Source: Candidatus Nealsonbacteria bacterium (lineage in GTDB: Bacteria > Patescibacteriota > Minisyncoccia > Minisyncoccales > PWPS01). Taken from it: a stretch of 32,335 nucleotides of DNA. A program made the translations under genes and the position numbers. Where the stretch lies: NCBI GenBank assembly GCA_003554915.1, contig PWHM01000058.1:1-32335 (forward strand). The letters are read 5' to 3'. This document shows positions 9,193 to 17,409 of the stretch, one piece after another. Position 1 is the first letter of the stretch. Each line of letters starts with the position of its first letter. Below the pieces are notes generated by a model. The model saw only the letters and a program-made list of their open reading frames with translations, was not told the DNA's origin and made no database searches.

Positions 9193-10359
9193 TTAGTTAC
9201 TTAAGAGTAATTCAATTGCTTTGTCCAATTGAGGATCTCGGTCCTCTTCAAAGTCTTCCATACTTAATTCGACCTCGTAGTCGGGGACTATCCCCTTATC
9301 GGTGATAAGTACATCTCCCGGAGTCACCCAGTTTGATATTGTTACTTTTAAGTTGGACATATCGGAAAGATTGACCATTGTTTGGATTGACCCCTTTCCG
9401 AAAGAGGTTTGTCCTACTATTTTTGCATCTCTATGGTACCTTAAGGCTCCGGCCAATATTTCCGAAGCTGATGCCGATCCCTCGTTTATCAATATAACTA
9501 ATTCGTGATCAAAAGTTACCGAACTTCCTCCGGCTTTATAGGTTTCTTTTATTTCTCCGTCGGCCTCCTGACTTTTGACAATCACATCCCCTCTTTCCAA
9601 GAAAAATTCGGCCACTTCCAGGGCGGAATCCAATGCTCCGCCGGGATTGTTTCTCATATCCAAGATCATTTTGTTGGCCGGTGAAGCAGTAATTTCAGGC
9701 ACCATTTCGTTGAATTCATTTATGAGATCATGGTGGAAATAATGAATTTTTAAATAAGCTATATCATTTTCCATAAGCTCCCAATCCACTGACGGAATCT
9801 GAATTTCCGCTCTTTCCAATTCAAATTCGTGAGTTTCTCGATTTCTTCCTATAACCAGAGTGACGAGAGTGCCTTCCTCACCCCTCATCAGATTAACCGC
9901 TTCCTCCAAGGTCATATCAATGGTTGATTCTCCATCAATCTCCAATATTAAATCTCCGGCTCTCAAGCCGGCTCTGCTTGCCGGGGTTCCTTCTATGGGA
10001 GATATTACCTGCAAGTTTCCGTCTCGAATACCAACTTCCATTCCCACTCCTTCATAGTAACCGGACACGTCTTCTAAGAACTTTCTACTTTCTTCACGAT
10101 TATAAAATCTGGTATGAGGATCTTCTAAAGAATTAAGCATTCCCTTGATAGCTCCGTGAACTACCCTCTCTCCATCTATTTCATCCGGATTAACGTAGGT
10201 TTGGTTTAATCGATTGTATGCCTCCCAAAAAAGTGAAAAATCTATTTCTTCGTCCGGTTGAGTTATCTTCGCTTCTTCGTATCCAATATAATAACCCGAG
10301 GCGAATATCAGCCCCAAAACAGCTAAAATTAATACGAATTTTGTTATTTTCTTTTGCAT
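9193..10359 (-). CDS. Carboxy-terminal processing protease (peptidase S41) with PDZ domain
   Basis: N-terminal membrane anchor, PDZ segment (GLRAGDLILEIDG), S41 catalytic Ser motif (NEGSASASEILAGAL) and Lys motif (TSFGKGS). Confidence 0.85.
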   Translation of the reverse strand: MQKKITKFVLILAVLGLIFASGYYIGYEEAKITQPDEEIDFSLFWEAYNRLNQTYVNPDEIDGERVVHGAIKGMLNSLEDPHTRFYNREESRKFLEDVSGYYEGVGMEVGIRDGNLQVISPIEGTPASRAGLRAGDLILEIDGESTIDMTLEEAVNLMRGEEGTLVTLVIGRNRETHEFELERAEIQIPSVDWELMENDIAYLKIHYFHHDLINEFNEMVPEITASPANKMILDMRNNPGGALDSALEVAEFFLERGDVIVKSQEADGEIKETYKAGGSSVTFDHELVILINEGSASASEILAGALRYHRDAKIVGQTSFGKGSIQTMVNLSDMSNLKVTISNWVTPGDVLITDKGIVPDYEVELSMEDFEEDRDPQLDKAIELLLSN

Positions 10360-10370
10360 ACACTTTTAAA

Positions 10371-10399
10371 ATAATAGCACATTAAACCCGATTATTCAA
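10371..10399 (-). promoter_or_regulatory. Putative promoter for the S41 protease-rplI-pyrG unit (TTGAAT-17-TGcTATTAT, extended -10)
   Basis: Minus strand reads TTGAAT (10399-10394), a 17-nt spacer, TATTAT (10376-10371) preceded by TGc. The -10 ends only 11 nt before the ATG and there is no SD sequence. Confidence 0.4.
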
Positions 10400-10427
10400 A
10401 AAATAAAGACCCGAAACTAATCGGATC
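10397..10427 (-). terminator. Intrinsic terminator closing the tRNA-Lys/mtaB operon
   Basis: Minus strand reads GATCCGA-TTAGTT-TCGGGTC (one mismatch) followed by TTTATTTTTTG. The stop codon of the 59-aa ORF lies in the loop. Confidence 0.5.
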
Positions 10428-10596
10428 TCTTTTTATGTTTGAGTCTTTCCTTACATCTTTTACAGTTATGTCCCTCCTTGCCCAAATGATATTTACTCCA
10501 CGTTGTCAATAAACAATCTGCATCTCCGGATAAGATCCTCTCAATCTCTTTTTTACTCAGATGCCTCCAACTTCTTTCATCTTCTATTTGCATCAT
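10417..10596 (-). CDS. Unlisted 59-aa Cys/His-rich mini-protein (possible zinc binder)
   Basis: My translation: MMQIEDERSWRHLSKKEIERILSGDADCLLTTWSKYHLGKEGHNCKRCKERLKHKKRSD. Its start overlaps the 3' end of the upstream ORF by 20 nt and it is followed immediately by a terminator. Just under the 60-aa track cutoff. Confidence 0.4.
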   Translation of the reverse strand: MMQIEDERSWRHLSKKEIERILSGDADCLLTTWSKYHLGKEGHNCKRCKERLKHKKRSD

Positions 10597-11533
10597 CTCC
10601 TTTTGTTGCCTTATTAGTGTAACTTTTTACTCCTTTTAAAACTCGGTCATTTTTTTGAGTTTGACTGCAAACGGACTCCTTCATCTCATCTGAATTTTCA
10701 ATTTTCTTTATTATTATACTTATTTTGTCTATTTCGTCAAGTAACTCCTCTTTTACCTCCCCGCTATTCGCTTTATACATTTCAAGTTGACTTTTGATTT
10801 GTTCTAAAAATACTTTTTTAATCGGGCTATGGACTATGGACTCCATTTTATCTTGCGCTTGATGGAAGTCTTTATTTCTAAGGTTTAAATATTCAGCAAA
10901 ATCTTCAAATACTTTATTTGCGTTTTTGGGCCCCAAACCGACAATTGCCGGAATAATGTTTTTGAGTGGCCCACGCTGATTTTTTCCGTTTTCATCTTCA
11001 AAAACGGAACGGAAATATTTAACTTGAAAGTTTTCATGGGGGTTGGTCATTCTACGATAGCATCTGTGCATTTTTTCTCTTATACCTTTTGTATGAAGAG
11101 AAGCGTCTATTCCCAGAGCTAAGCTTTCTATTGAATCGGAGGTTTTGAATTCCACTATTAAATCTACACCGTTTATCACGTCATCAAATTCGGTTGTTCT
11201 TTGGGCCGCTACTTCTATATCTTCAGTTTCGAACCATTGCTCCAGAAGATAAGTCATTACTATTTCCATAGCTTCTCCTCGTTCGTTCGATTTTTCCATT
11301 TCTTTTTTTTCAGCACCCGTCTTTTCCATGCTTTTTTCGATTCTCTTGTGGGCAATTTTCAAGAGTTGTTCATCTTCCTTTATTTCATCCTTGTCGTAAC
11401 CGAAATTTTCAAAGTAATCTAATTTTTTCCGTTCTCCCGGACCACCCTCCTTAGCATCCTTGGTGATCCATTTTACGGTTTGGTCCATACTTGTTCGACT
11501 TAATTCAAAGCTTTTTTCCGGACTATTGAACAT
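10577..11533 (-). CDS. Hypothetical 318-aa protein, Lys/Glu-rich termini, unrecognised core
   Basis: Long ORF whose start (ATGTTCAATAG) overlaps the mtaB-like stop by 11 nt, with an AGGAAG SD-like sequence upstream. The core contains E..(helix)..FDDVINGVDLIVEFK, a D-x10-E-x-K pattern. No family confidently recognised. Confidence 0.6.
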   Translation of the reverse strand: MFNSPEKSFELSRTSMDQTVKWITKDAKEGGPGERKKLDYFENFGYDKDEIKEDEQLLKIAHKRIEKSMEKTGAEKKEMEKSNERGEAMEIVMTYLLEQWFETEDIEVAAQRTTEFDDVINGVDLIVEFKTSDSIESLALGIDASLHTKGIREKMHRCYRRMTNPHENFQVKYFRSVFEDENGKNQRGPLKNIIPAIVGLGPKNANKVFEDFAEYLNLRNKDFHQAQDKMESIVHSPIKKVFLEQIKSQLEMYKANSGEVKEELLDEIDKISIIIKKIENSDEMKESVCSQTQKNDRVLKGVKSYTNKATKGDDANRR

Positions 11534-12764
11534 TTCTTCCTATTAAATAATTATGTTTAAAATCCACTATTTTTATTTTTGCTATTTCCCCTACTTTACC
11601 TTCGGACAAGACTACCGCTTTGCCGTTTGGCAGCCTTCCGAGCATGCTTTTATTTTTCCCCTTTCTGACTATTAGGGTTTTGAAGATTTGCCCCTTCACT
11701 TTTTTATTATCATTTAATCTGATCTTTTTTGCAAGCTTAGTCACCTTTCTCGACCTTTCCTTTTTTATTTTGCTGGGCATGTCTTTCAGCTTTGCCGCTT
11801 CGGTTTTTGGTCTTTCCGAATAGCGTGTAATGTTTATTATATGTGGTTTGGTTTCCTCTATCAGATTGACGGTTTTTTGAAAGTCATTTTCCGTTTCAGT
11901 GGGAAAACCGACGATTATATCCGTAGAAAGTAAAGGATTTTTTAGCTTGCTTTTTATTTTTCCAACCATTTTCTTGAATTCACTTACGGAATGTTTCCTA
12001 TTCATATCCTTTAAAACTTTCTCACTTCCGGATTGAACCGGGAGGTGGATAAAATTATACAGTTTTTCACTTTCAAAAAGATCCAAAAAGTCATCGAAAA
12101 ACTTGTTTACATGCCCGGGATTCATCATCCCCAATTTTAACCTGAAGTCCTCATTAAGATTTAGAAGCCCCCTTATTAAATCAATGATCATCGGTTCCCC
12201 GGACTCCATTCCGTAAACTCCCAAATCCTGTGATGTTAGCTGAATCTCTTTTTTGCCGCTTTTTAATACTTGCTTTGCTTTTTCCATTATTTCTTTTTTC
12301 GGATAGCTTCTCAATTTTCCACGAGCTAATTTTGCGCTGCAATAGCTGCAACTTCCCAAACAGCCGGTCGATATGGGTATGATTGCCGACGTGCTTTTCG
12401 GATTTGTCAATGCGGGAATTCCATTTATGTTTTTCCCCTCTGTTTTAAAAAGTTGAGATATTTTATTTGAAAAGTCGATTGGATCGTTGCCGACAATTGA
12501 CAGGTCGGCCAAACTCTTTACTTCCGGATTGATTGCAGGCAAACATCCGGTAACTACTACTTTTTTTCCTTTTTTCTTTTGTTTTTTAATTTCCTTTATT
12601 ATCTTTCTTTCCGTTTTGTCTATAACTCCACAGGTATTCAAAATAACGACTCTCGCCTTTTTTTCAGAAGCTTTTTGAAAACTTTCGGGAAGAGCTCTTA
12701 TCAGCCCGTCGGTTTCCGCTTGATTCAGTTTACAGCCGTAGGTTTTTATTAAATATGTTTTCAT
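11523..12764 (-). CDS. mtaB: Radical-SAM methylthiotransferase, MiaB/RimO/MtaB family, closest to the CDKAL1/e-MtaB type (ms2t6A37 synthase)
   Basis: UPF0004 N-domain (TYGCKLNQAETD). Radical SAM motif GCLGSCSYCSAKLARGKLRSYP, then LTSQDLGVYG, KLGMMNP, FIHLPVQSGSEKVLKDMNR, TDIIVGFPTETENDF and a C-terminal TRAM-like domain. The motif wording resembles eukaryotic/archaeal CDKAL1-type enzymes as I recall them. Confidence 0.8.
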   Translation of the reverse strand: MKTYLIKTYGCKLNQAETDGLIRALPESFQKASEKKARVVILNTCGVIDKTERKIIKEIKKQKKKGKKVVVTGCLPAINPEVKSLADLSIVGNDPIDFSNKISQLFKTEGKNINGIPALTNPKSTSAIIPISTGCLGSCSYCSAKLARGKLRSYPKKEIMEKAKQVLKSGKKEIQLTSQDLGVYGMESGEPMIIDLIRGLLNLNEDFRLKLGMMNPGHVNKFFDDFLDLFESEKLYNFIHLPVQSGSEKVLKDMNRKHSVSEFKKMVGKIKSKLKNPLLSTDIIVGFPTETENDFQKTVNLIEETKPHIINITRYSERPKTEAAKLKDMPSKIKKERSRKVTKLAKKIRLNDNKKVKGQIFKTLIVRKGKNKSMLGRLPNGKAVVLSEGKVGEIAKIKIVDFKHNYLIGRNVQ

Positions 12765-12772
12765 TTTTTAAA

Positions 12773-12794
12773 ACCTCCCGTTTTTTGGGGAGGT
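12773..12794 (-). promoter_or_regulatory. 7-bp hairpin between tRNA-Lys and mtaB that sequesters the mtaB Shine-Dalgarno sequence
   Basis: Minus strand reads ACCUCCC-CAAAAAAC-GGGAGGU, then UUUAAAAAAUG. GGGAGG is the only SD-like element before the ATG at 12764. Confidence 0.35.
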
Positions 12795-12806
12795 CGCTAC
12801 AAATTG

Positions 12807-12879
12807 TGCGTCCGGAAGGATTCGAACCCTCGACCTTCTCCTTAAAAGGGAGCTGCTCTACCAACTGAGCTACGGACGC
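12807..12879 (-). tRNA. tRNA-Lys (anticodon UUU)
   Basis: The 73-nt reverse complement is GCGTCCGTAGCTCAGTTGGTAGAGCAGCTCCCTTTTAAGGAGAAGGTCGAGGGTTCGAATCCTTCCGGACGCA. It folds as a cloverleaf: 7-bp acceptor stem, D arm GCTC/GAGC, anticodon loop CTTTTAA, T arm GAGGG-TTCGAAT-CCTTC. CCA is not encoded. Confidence 0.9.
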
Positions 12880-12893
12880 ATCAGACTACACTT

Positions 12894-12921
12894 ATTTTAC
12901 AAAAATTAGGAAGAATGTAAA
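12894..12921 (-). promoter_or_regulatory. Putative promoter for tRNA-Lys and downstream genes (TTTACA-16-TAAAAT)
   Basis: Minus strand has TTTACA (12921-12916), a 16-nt spacer, TAAAAT (12899-12894). The -10 ends 14 nt before the tRNA 5' end. Confidence 0.4.
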
Positions 12922-12953
12922 GAAAAAAATCGGGAGAGCGAATCTCTCCCGAT
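12922..12953 (-). terminator. Intrinsic terminator after dnaJ
   Basis: Perfect 10-bp stem ATCGGGAGAG / CTCTCCCGAT with a 5-nt loop, followed on the minus strand by TTTTTTTC. Confidence 0.6.
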
Positions 12954-13006
12954 AAAAAGGTCTTTAAAGTGTATTAATTATATAACCTATTGTTTTTTTT
13001 GTCAAA

Positions 13007-14098
13007 TCAAAGCCCCTCATTACTTAAATTGTTAAGAGCTTCCTTTTGTTTTTTAGTCAACTTCTGAGGAACTTCAATCGTTAATTTTACATACATATCT
13101 CCTCTTTTATATCCGGAAAGTTGAGGCATTCCTTTTCCGGAAAGCTTTAGCTTTTTCCCCGGCTTCGATCCTTTGGGGATCTTTAGTTTTACTTTTTTAA
13201 TTTCCCCCTTCTTATTAAAAGCGGGAACTTTAATCGTTCCTCCCATTGCGGCTTTGCTGAAAGATATTTCCGCTTCATGATAAAGATCCATTCCGTCTCG
13301 CTCGAACAAGTTATTTTTTTCAACTTCTACGTTCACTAAAAGGTCACCGGGTGGAGAGTTTTTCTCTCCGGCGTGACCTTTGGAGGAGACTCGTAAGGTT
13401 TGTCCACTGCTTATTCCGGCCGGTATTTCAAAGCTCACCTTTTCAATTGACTCCACCCACCCCTTTCCTTTACATTTAGGACATTCATTTTCGGGGATTT
13501 CTCCGGATCCTTGGCACTTGTTACAGGTTACAACTTGCGCAAAAGTTCCAAAAAAGGTCTTTCTTTTTTCTTTGCGCTTGCCTTGTCCGTTACATTGCGA
13601 ACAAGTTTTCATTTTTTTGTTCTTGGCCCCGGTTCCATTGCAAGCCTTACAATTATTTTTCTTTTTCAGAGATTTGTTCTTTTTAACTCCGGTGAAAGCT
13701 TCCGCTAAACTTATCTTTAATTTAATTCGTATATCCGCTCCTTTTCTCCCTTGAGCTTTTGAAGATTGTCTTCCGAAACCACCACCGAAAATACCTCCGA
13801 ATATATCACCCAAATCATCAAAATCAAAATCAGTTTGATTGAAATCACCTTGATGAGCCCCTTGAAAACCACCGAAGCCGGCGCCCCGATTGGTGCCCGC
13901 TTTTCCGTATCTGTCATATTGCCCTCTTTTATCTTCATCGGAGAGAACTTGGTAGGCCTCATTTATCTTTTTGAATTTTTCTTCGTCCCCACCTTTGTCC
14001 GGGTGGTGCTTATGGGCCAATTTTCTGTAAGCTTTCTTTATCTCTTCTTGGCCGGCATCTTTGGAGACGCCTAATATGTTATAGTAATCTTCACTCAT
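13007..14098 (-). CDS. dnaJ: Molecular chaperone DnaJ
   Basis: J-domain (YYNILGV...HPD), a G/F-rich linker and four CxxCxGxG zinc-finger repeats ([32 protein letters not shown]). Confidence 0.95.
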   Translation of the reverse strand: MSEDYYNILGVSKDAGQEEIKKAYRKLAHKHHPDKGGDEEKFKKINEAYQVLSDEDKRGQYDRYGKAGTNRGAGFGGFQGAHQGDFNQTDFDFDDLGDIFGGIFGGGFGRQSSKAQGRKGADIRIKLKISLAEAFTGVKKNKSLKKKNNCKACNGTGAKNKKMKTCSQCNGQGKRKEKRKTFFGTFAQVVTCNKCQGSGEIPENECPKCKGKGWVESIEKVSFEIPAGISSGQTLRVSSKGHAGEKNSPPGDLLVNVEVEKNNLFERDGMDLYHEAEISFSKAAMGGTIKVPAFNKKGEIKKVKLKIPKGSKPGKKLKLSGKGMPQLSGYKRGDMYVKLTIEVPQKLTKKQKEALNNLSNEGL

Positions 14099-14117
14099 AA
14101 CTCATAAATTAATAATC

Positions 14118-14151
14118 CGAAAGCCCCCTTAAAATTTTCCGGGGGCTTTCG
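14118..14151 (-). terminator. dnaK-dnaJ intercistronic hairpin (attenuator or partial terminator)
   Basis: Perfect 11-bp stem CGAAAGCCCCC / GGGGGCTTTCG with a 12-nt loop. The downstream minus-strand tract is only moderately U-rich. Confidence 0.4.
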
Positions 14152-14161
14152 AGCTTTTAGT

Positions 14162-16084
14162 CTACTTTTCTTCATCTTCATTTTGCGAATCCGTAGAAGA
14201 GCCTTCTTCATCTTCCTCTTCTACATAGTCGGCCTCTTCCGTCTCTTCCGCTTGATCATCTTCTTTTGCCTTTTTTTCGTAAACCTTGGCTCCTATTTTT
14301 TGAACTTTTTCGGAAAGTTTTTCAGTTTTTTCTTTAATTTCTTCCGCTTTTTCAACATCGTCGGTTTCTTTCAATTCTTCCAGCTCTTTTAACTCCTCTT
14401 CAATTTCTTCAATGTCTTCCTTCGGAAAATCATCTCCCATCTCTTTTTTTGTTTTTTCAAAGCCGTAAATAAGAGATTCCGCTTCCGATTTGGCGTCGAG
14501 AAGCTCTTCTTGTTTCTGGTCTTCTTCGGCGTGTTCTTCAGCCTCTTTTTTCATTTTTTCAATCTCTTCGTCGGAAAGTCCGCAAGAGCCCTCTATTCTG
14601 ATGGATTGCTCTTTTCCGGTTCCCTTGTCTTTCGCCGATACGCTTAAGATTCCGTTGGCGTCTATGTCGAACGTAACTTCAATTTGAGGGACTCCTCTGG
14701 GAGCGGGGGGGATTCCGTCCAGAATGAACTGACCCAAGGACTTGTTATCTTTCGCCATTGGTCGCTCACCCTGAAGAACGTGTATCTGAACTGAGGTTTG
14801 ATTGTCGGCAGCAGTAGAAAACGTTTCCGAAGCGGAAGTTGGAATAGTCGTATTTTTGTCGATCAATTTAGTGAATTTACCACCCAGAGTTTCTATACCG
14901 AGTGAAAGCGGTGTTACATCCAAAAGCAATACGTCTTTGACGTCTCCGCCCATAATTCCTCCCTGGACTGCAGCACCTACGGCAACAACTTCGTCGGGAT
15001 TTATCTCCTTATTCGGCTCTTTGCCCAAAGTCTCCTTGATTCTTTCTTGAATAATCGGAGACCTGGTTTGCCCACCGACTAAAACTATTTCATCGATTTT
15101 ATCCAAATCTATTCCTGATTCTTTAATCGTCTCTTTGGTCATTTCAATCGATCTGTTTACGTACTCTTCTACCAGGTCCTCAAATTTGGATCGGGAAAGA
15201 CTGTAATTCAGATGTTTCGGCCCGTCATCATCGGAGGTAACGAAAGGAATATTCATCTCCGCCTTCTTCGTTGAAGAAAGCTCAATCTTTGCCTTTTCCG
15301 CTGCTTCTTTGAGCCTCTGTAAGGCTAATTTGTCTTTGGAGAGATCTATTCCGCTTTCATTTTTGAACTTTTCCACCATCCAATCTAAAATTTCGTTATC
15401 GAAATCTTCTCCTCCCAAGTGACTGTCACCACCACTGGCTTTAACTTCAATGGTATCATCCCCGACTTCCAGAATGGAAACGTCGAAGGTTCCGCCTCCG
15501 AAATCATATACGAGAATCTTTTGGTCTTGTTTTTGGTTTAATCCGTAAGCTAAAGCGGCCGCTGTCGGTTCATTTATCACTCTCTCTACTTCGAATCCGG
15601 CTATTTCTCCGGCAATCTTGGTCGCTTTTCTTTGTGAGTCGTCAAAGTAAGCGGGCACGGTTATTATTGCTTTCTCAATCTCCTCCCCTAATTTTTCTTC
15701 GGCGTCTTTTTTCAGCTTCTGAAGAACCATTGCTGATATTTCGGGGACCTTTCTCCATTTATCATCGAACTTAATTTCTACCCCCTCTCCGTCTTTTTCT
15801 TTCCTGATTTCATAAGGAAGATTCTTCTTGCTCTTTTTTACCTCATCACTGTCGTAGTGTCTTCCGATGAGTCTTTTGGCGGCAAAAATAGTGTTTTCCG
15901 GATTGGTAACTTGTTGCCTTCTGGCGATCGATCCGACGAGCCGTTCCCCTTTTTTGCTCATAGCTACAACTGAAGGGGTTGTTCTGTCGCCTTCTTTGTT
16001 TTCTAATATTTCCGGGTCTCCACCTTTTACCACCGCCATTGCAGAAAAGGTTGTTCCCAGATCTATTCCTAAAATCTTACTCAT
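14162..16084 (-). CDS. dnaK: Molecular chaperone DnaK (Hsp70)
   Basis: Canonical Hsp70 motifs ([26 protein letters not shown]) and an acidic C-terminal tail. Confidence 0.97.
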   Translation of the reverse strand: MSKILGIDLGTTFSAMAVVKGGDPEILENKEGDRTTPSVVAMSKKGERLVGSIARRQQVTNPENTIFAAKRLIGRHYDSDEVKKSKKNLPYEIRKEKDGEGVEIKFDDKWRKVPEISAMVLQKLKKDAEEKLGEEIEKAIITVPAYFDDSQRKATKIAGEIAGFEVERVINEPTAAALAYGLNQKQDQKILVYDFGGGTFDVSILEVGDDTIEVKASGGDSHLGGEDFDNEILDWMVEKFKNESGIDLSKDKLALQRLKEAAEKAKIELSSTKKAEMNIPFVTSDDDGPKHLNYSLSRSKFEDLVEEYVNRSIEMTKETIKESGIDLDKIDEIVLVGGQTRSPIIQERIKETLGKEPNKEINPDEVVAVGAAVQGGIMGGDVKDVLLLDVTPLSLGIETLGGKFTKLIDKNTTIPTSASETFSTAADNQTSVQIHVLQGERPMAKDNKSLGQFILDGIPPAPRGVPQIEVTFDIDANGILSVSAKDKGTGKEQSIRIEGSCGLSDEEIEKMKKEAEEHAEEDQKQEELLDAKSEAESLIYGFEKTKKEMGDDFPKEDIEEIEEELKELEELKETDDVEKAEEIKEKTEKLSEKVQKIGAKVYEKKAKEDDQAEETEEADYVEEEDEEGSSTDSQNEDEEK

Positions 16085-16135
16085 TTTTTGGACTCACGGC
16101 TTGAAAATTCACCGATTGTCAGTTAAGTTTTAATA

Positions 16136-16630
16136 TTATTTAGCTACTTTTACTCTGGCGGGTTTTATAAGTTCTCCGTTTAAGAGATATCCTTTTCTTA
16201 CTTCTTCAACCACTGTTCCCGAGTCTTTTTCAGACTCCACCATGGAAACCGCCTCGTGAAGATTGGGATCGAACTCTTGACCCACGGAGTCAATCGATTC
16301 CAATCCATAGTCTTGGAGAAGCTTGATTAATTGCTTTTTAATGTTTAAAAGCCCTTGAACACAGTCATCGCCTATTTTTTCTTTCGGTATATTTTTTTCC
16401 GCCACTTCAAAGTTGTCGACGACATCCAGTATCTCTTTTATCAGTTTTTCCCTTTCTCTCTTTTTCGCTTCCACTAATCGGGATTTTTCGTGCTTTTTGT
16501 AATTAACAAAATCGGCTCTGGCCCTTTTCCAACCTTCGAGATATTCGTTCTTTTCCCTTTCCAGGCTTTCTATTTTTTCTTCAGCATCACTCTTCTTCTT
16601 TTCTTCTTTTTTCTTTTTTTCGTTCGTCAT
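16136..16630 (-). CDS. grpE: Nucleotide exchange factor GrpE
   Basis: Charged coiled-coil N-terminus, RA.ADF.N.KKR-like motif (RARADFVNYKK), C-terminal beta domain (FDPNLHEAV...GY.L.G.LI.PA.V.V). Lies between hrcA and dnaK. Confidence 0.9.
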   Translation of the reverse strand: MTNEKKKKEEKKKSDAEEKIESLEREKNEYLEGWKRARADFVNYKKHEKSRLVEAKKREREKLIKEILDVVDNFEVAEKNIPKEKIGDDCVQGLLNIKKQLIKLLQDYGLESIDSVGQEFDPNLHEAVSMVESEKDSGTVVEEVRKGYLLNGELIKPARVKVAK

Positions 16631-17348
16631 GACCGTTTTCCAGCAATTTAACTAATGAATTTATTAAAGTTATATTCTTGTCATAAGCCATTCTTTTTGG
16701 TCCCAAGATTGCCAAGATGCCTTCTTCTCCCTCGGAAAATCTACATCTCGATATCAAAATGGAAAAATCTTCGGCTTCAAAAGGGTTTTCTTTTCCTATG
16801 TAAATCTTGACTTTATCATCTTTCAGGTTATCAGAAAACCTACTTCCGAAATCTTCTTCGAATTTTTTGGTTAGCTCCAAAAAAGAATGAATCTTTTCTA
16901 TGTCCTTAAACTCCGGATACAGCAAAGCTTCTTCGAAACCCTCTTTCCAATAAAGATTTTTCTTTAAAAGATAAGAATAAGTCAGAGAACTGGAGAGTCC
17001 GGCTAAAAATCCGGTTAATTCCCTTAAAAAGTTAAACTTATTTTCAATCCGTCTCTCCATCATACTTACCCTCTTTTCCAGTCGGTTGTTGATCAAGTCC
17101 TCTCCTTCAAGCAGTTTGTTTACGAAGTGCCTGTAGCCTTTGTCGGAAGGAACTCGACCCGCCGAACTATGGGGTTGTTCCAAATACCCCTCTTCAACCA
17201 GCTTTTTGAGATCATTCCTTATCGTCGCCGGAGAAACTCCCAAATTATAGTTCTTTTCTATATGTCTTGAACTGATCGGTTCCGCTAAGTCTATATAATC
17301 TCTAATCACTATCTCTAAAATCTTCCACTGTCTTTTAGTTATATCCAT
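16587..17348 (-). CDS. hrcA: Heat-inducible transcription repressor HrcA (short form, 253 aa)
   Basis: N-terminal winged-helix region (RQ.KIL..I...Y....EP.SS..I.......VS.ATIRND...L...GYL.QPH.SAGR.PS..GYR.FV). First gene of the hrcA-grpE-dnaK-dnaJ order. The 3' end overlaps grpE by 44 nt. Confidence 0.85.
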   Translation of the reverse strand: MDITKRQWKILEIVIRDYIDLAEPISSRHIEKNYNLGVSPATIRNDLKKLVEEGYLEQPHSSAGRVPSDKGYRHFVNKLLEGEDLINNRLEKRVSMMERRIENKFNFLRELTGFLAGLSSSLTYSYLLKKNLYWKEGFEEALLYPEFKDIEKIHSFLELTKKFEEDFGSRFSDNLKDDKVKIYIGKENPFEAEDFSILISRCRFSEGEEGILAILGPKRMAYDKNITLINSLVKLLENGHDERKKEKRRKEEE

Positions 17349-17380
17349 GGATAAAAAAAGATGACCATCTTCTGATCCTT

Positions 17381-17409
17381 ATGATAAAAAATTAGCAGAC
17401 GAATGTCAA
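17381..17409 (-). promoter_or_regulatory. Putative hrcA operon promoter (TTGACA-17-TATCAT) interleaved with the CIRCE element
   Basis: Minus strand has TTGACA (17409-17404, inside the CIRCE spacer), a 17-nt spacer, TATCAT (17386-17381). Confidence 0.4.

Noticed and set aside
13380-13754. Numerous 60-124-aa ORFs antisense to or nested in large genes, for example 1419-1610, 1521-1757, 2790-3104, 4347-4625, 8170-8511, 13380-13754, 13766-14074, 14183-14392, 23482-23721, 26544-26858.
   Set aside because: These are shadow ORFs inside well-supported genes (ftsW, murG, gltX, pyrG, dnaJ, dnaK, the CCC transporter, the beta-propeller). They have low-complexity or biased composition and no SD sequences.
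16587-16630. The 44-nt hrcA/grpE overlap as a sign of a frameshift or gene fusion.
   Set aside because: Both reading frames carry family-typical sequence up to or from the overlap. The overlap consists of Lys/Glu-rich low-complexity tails. Overlaps are common throughout this window.
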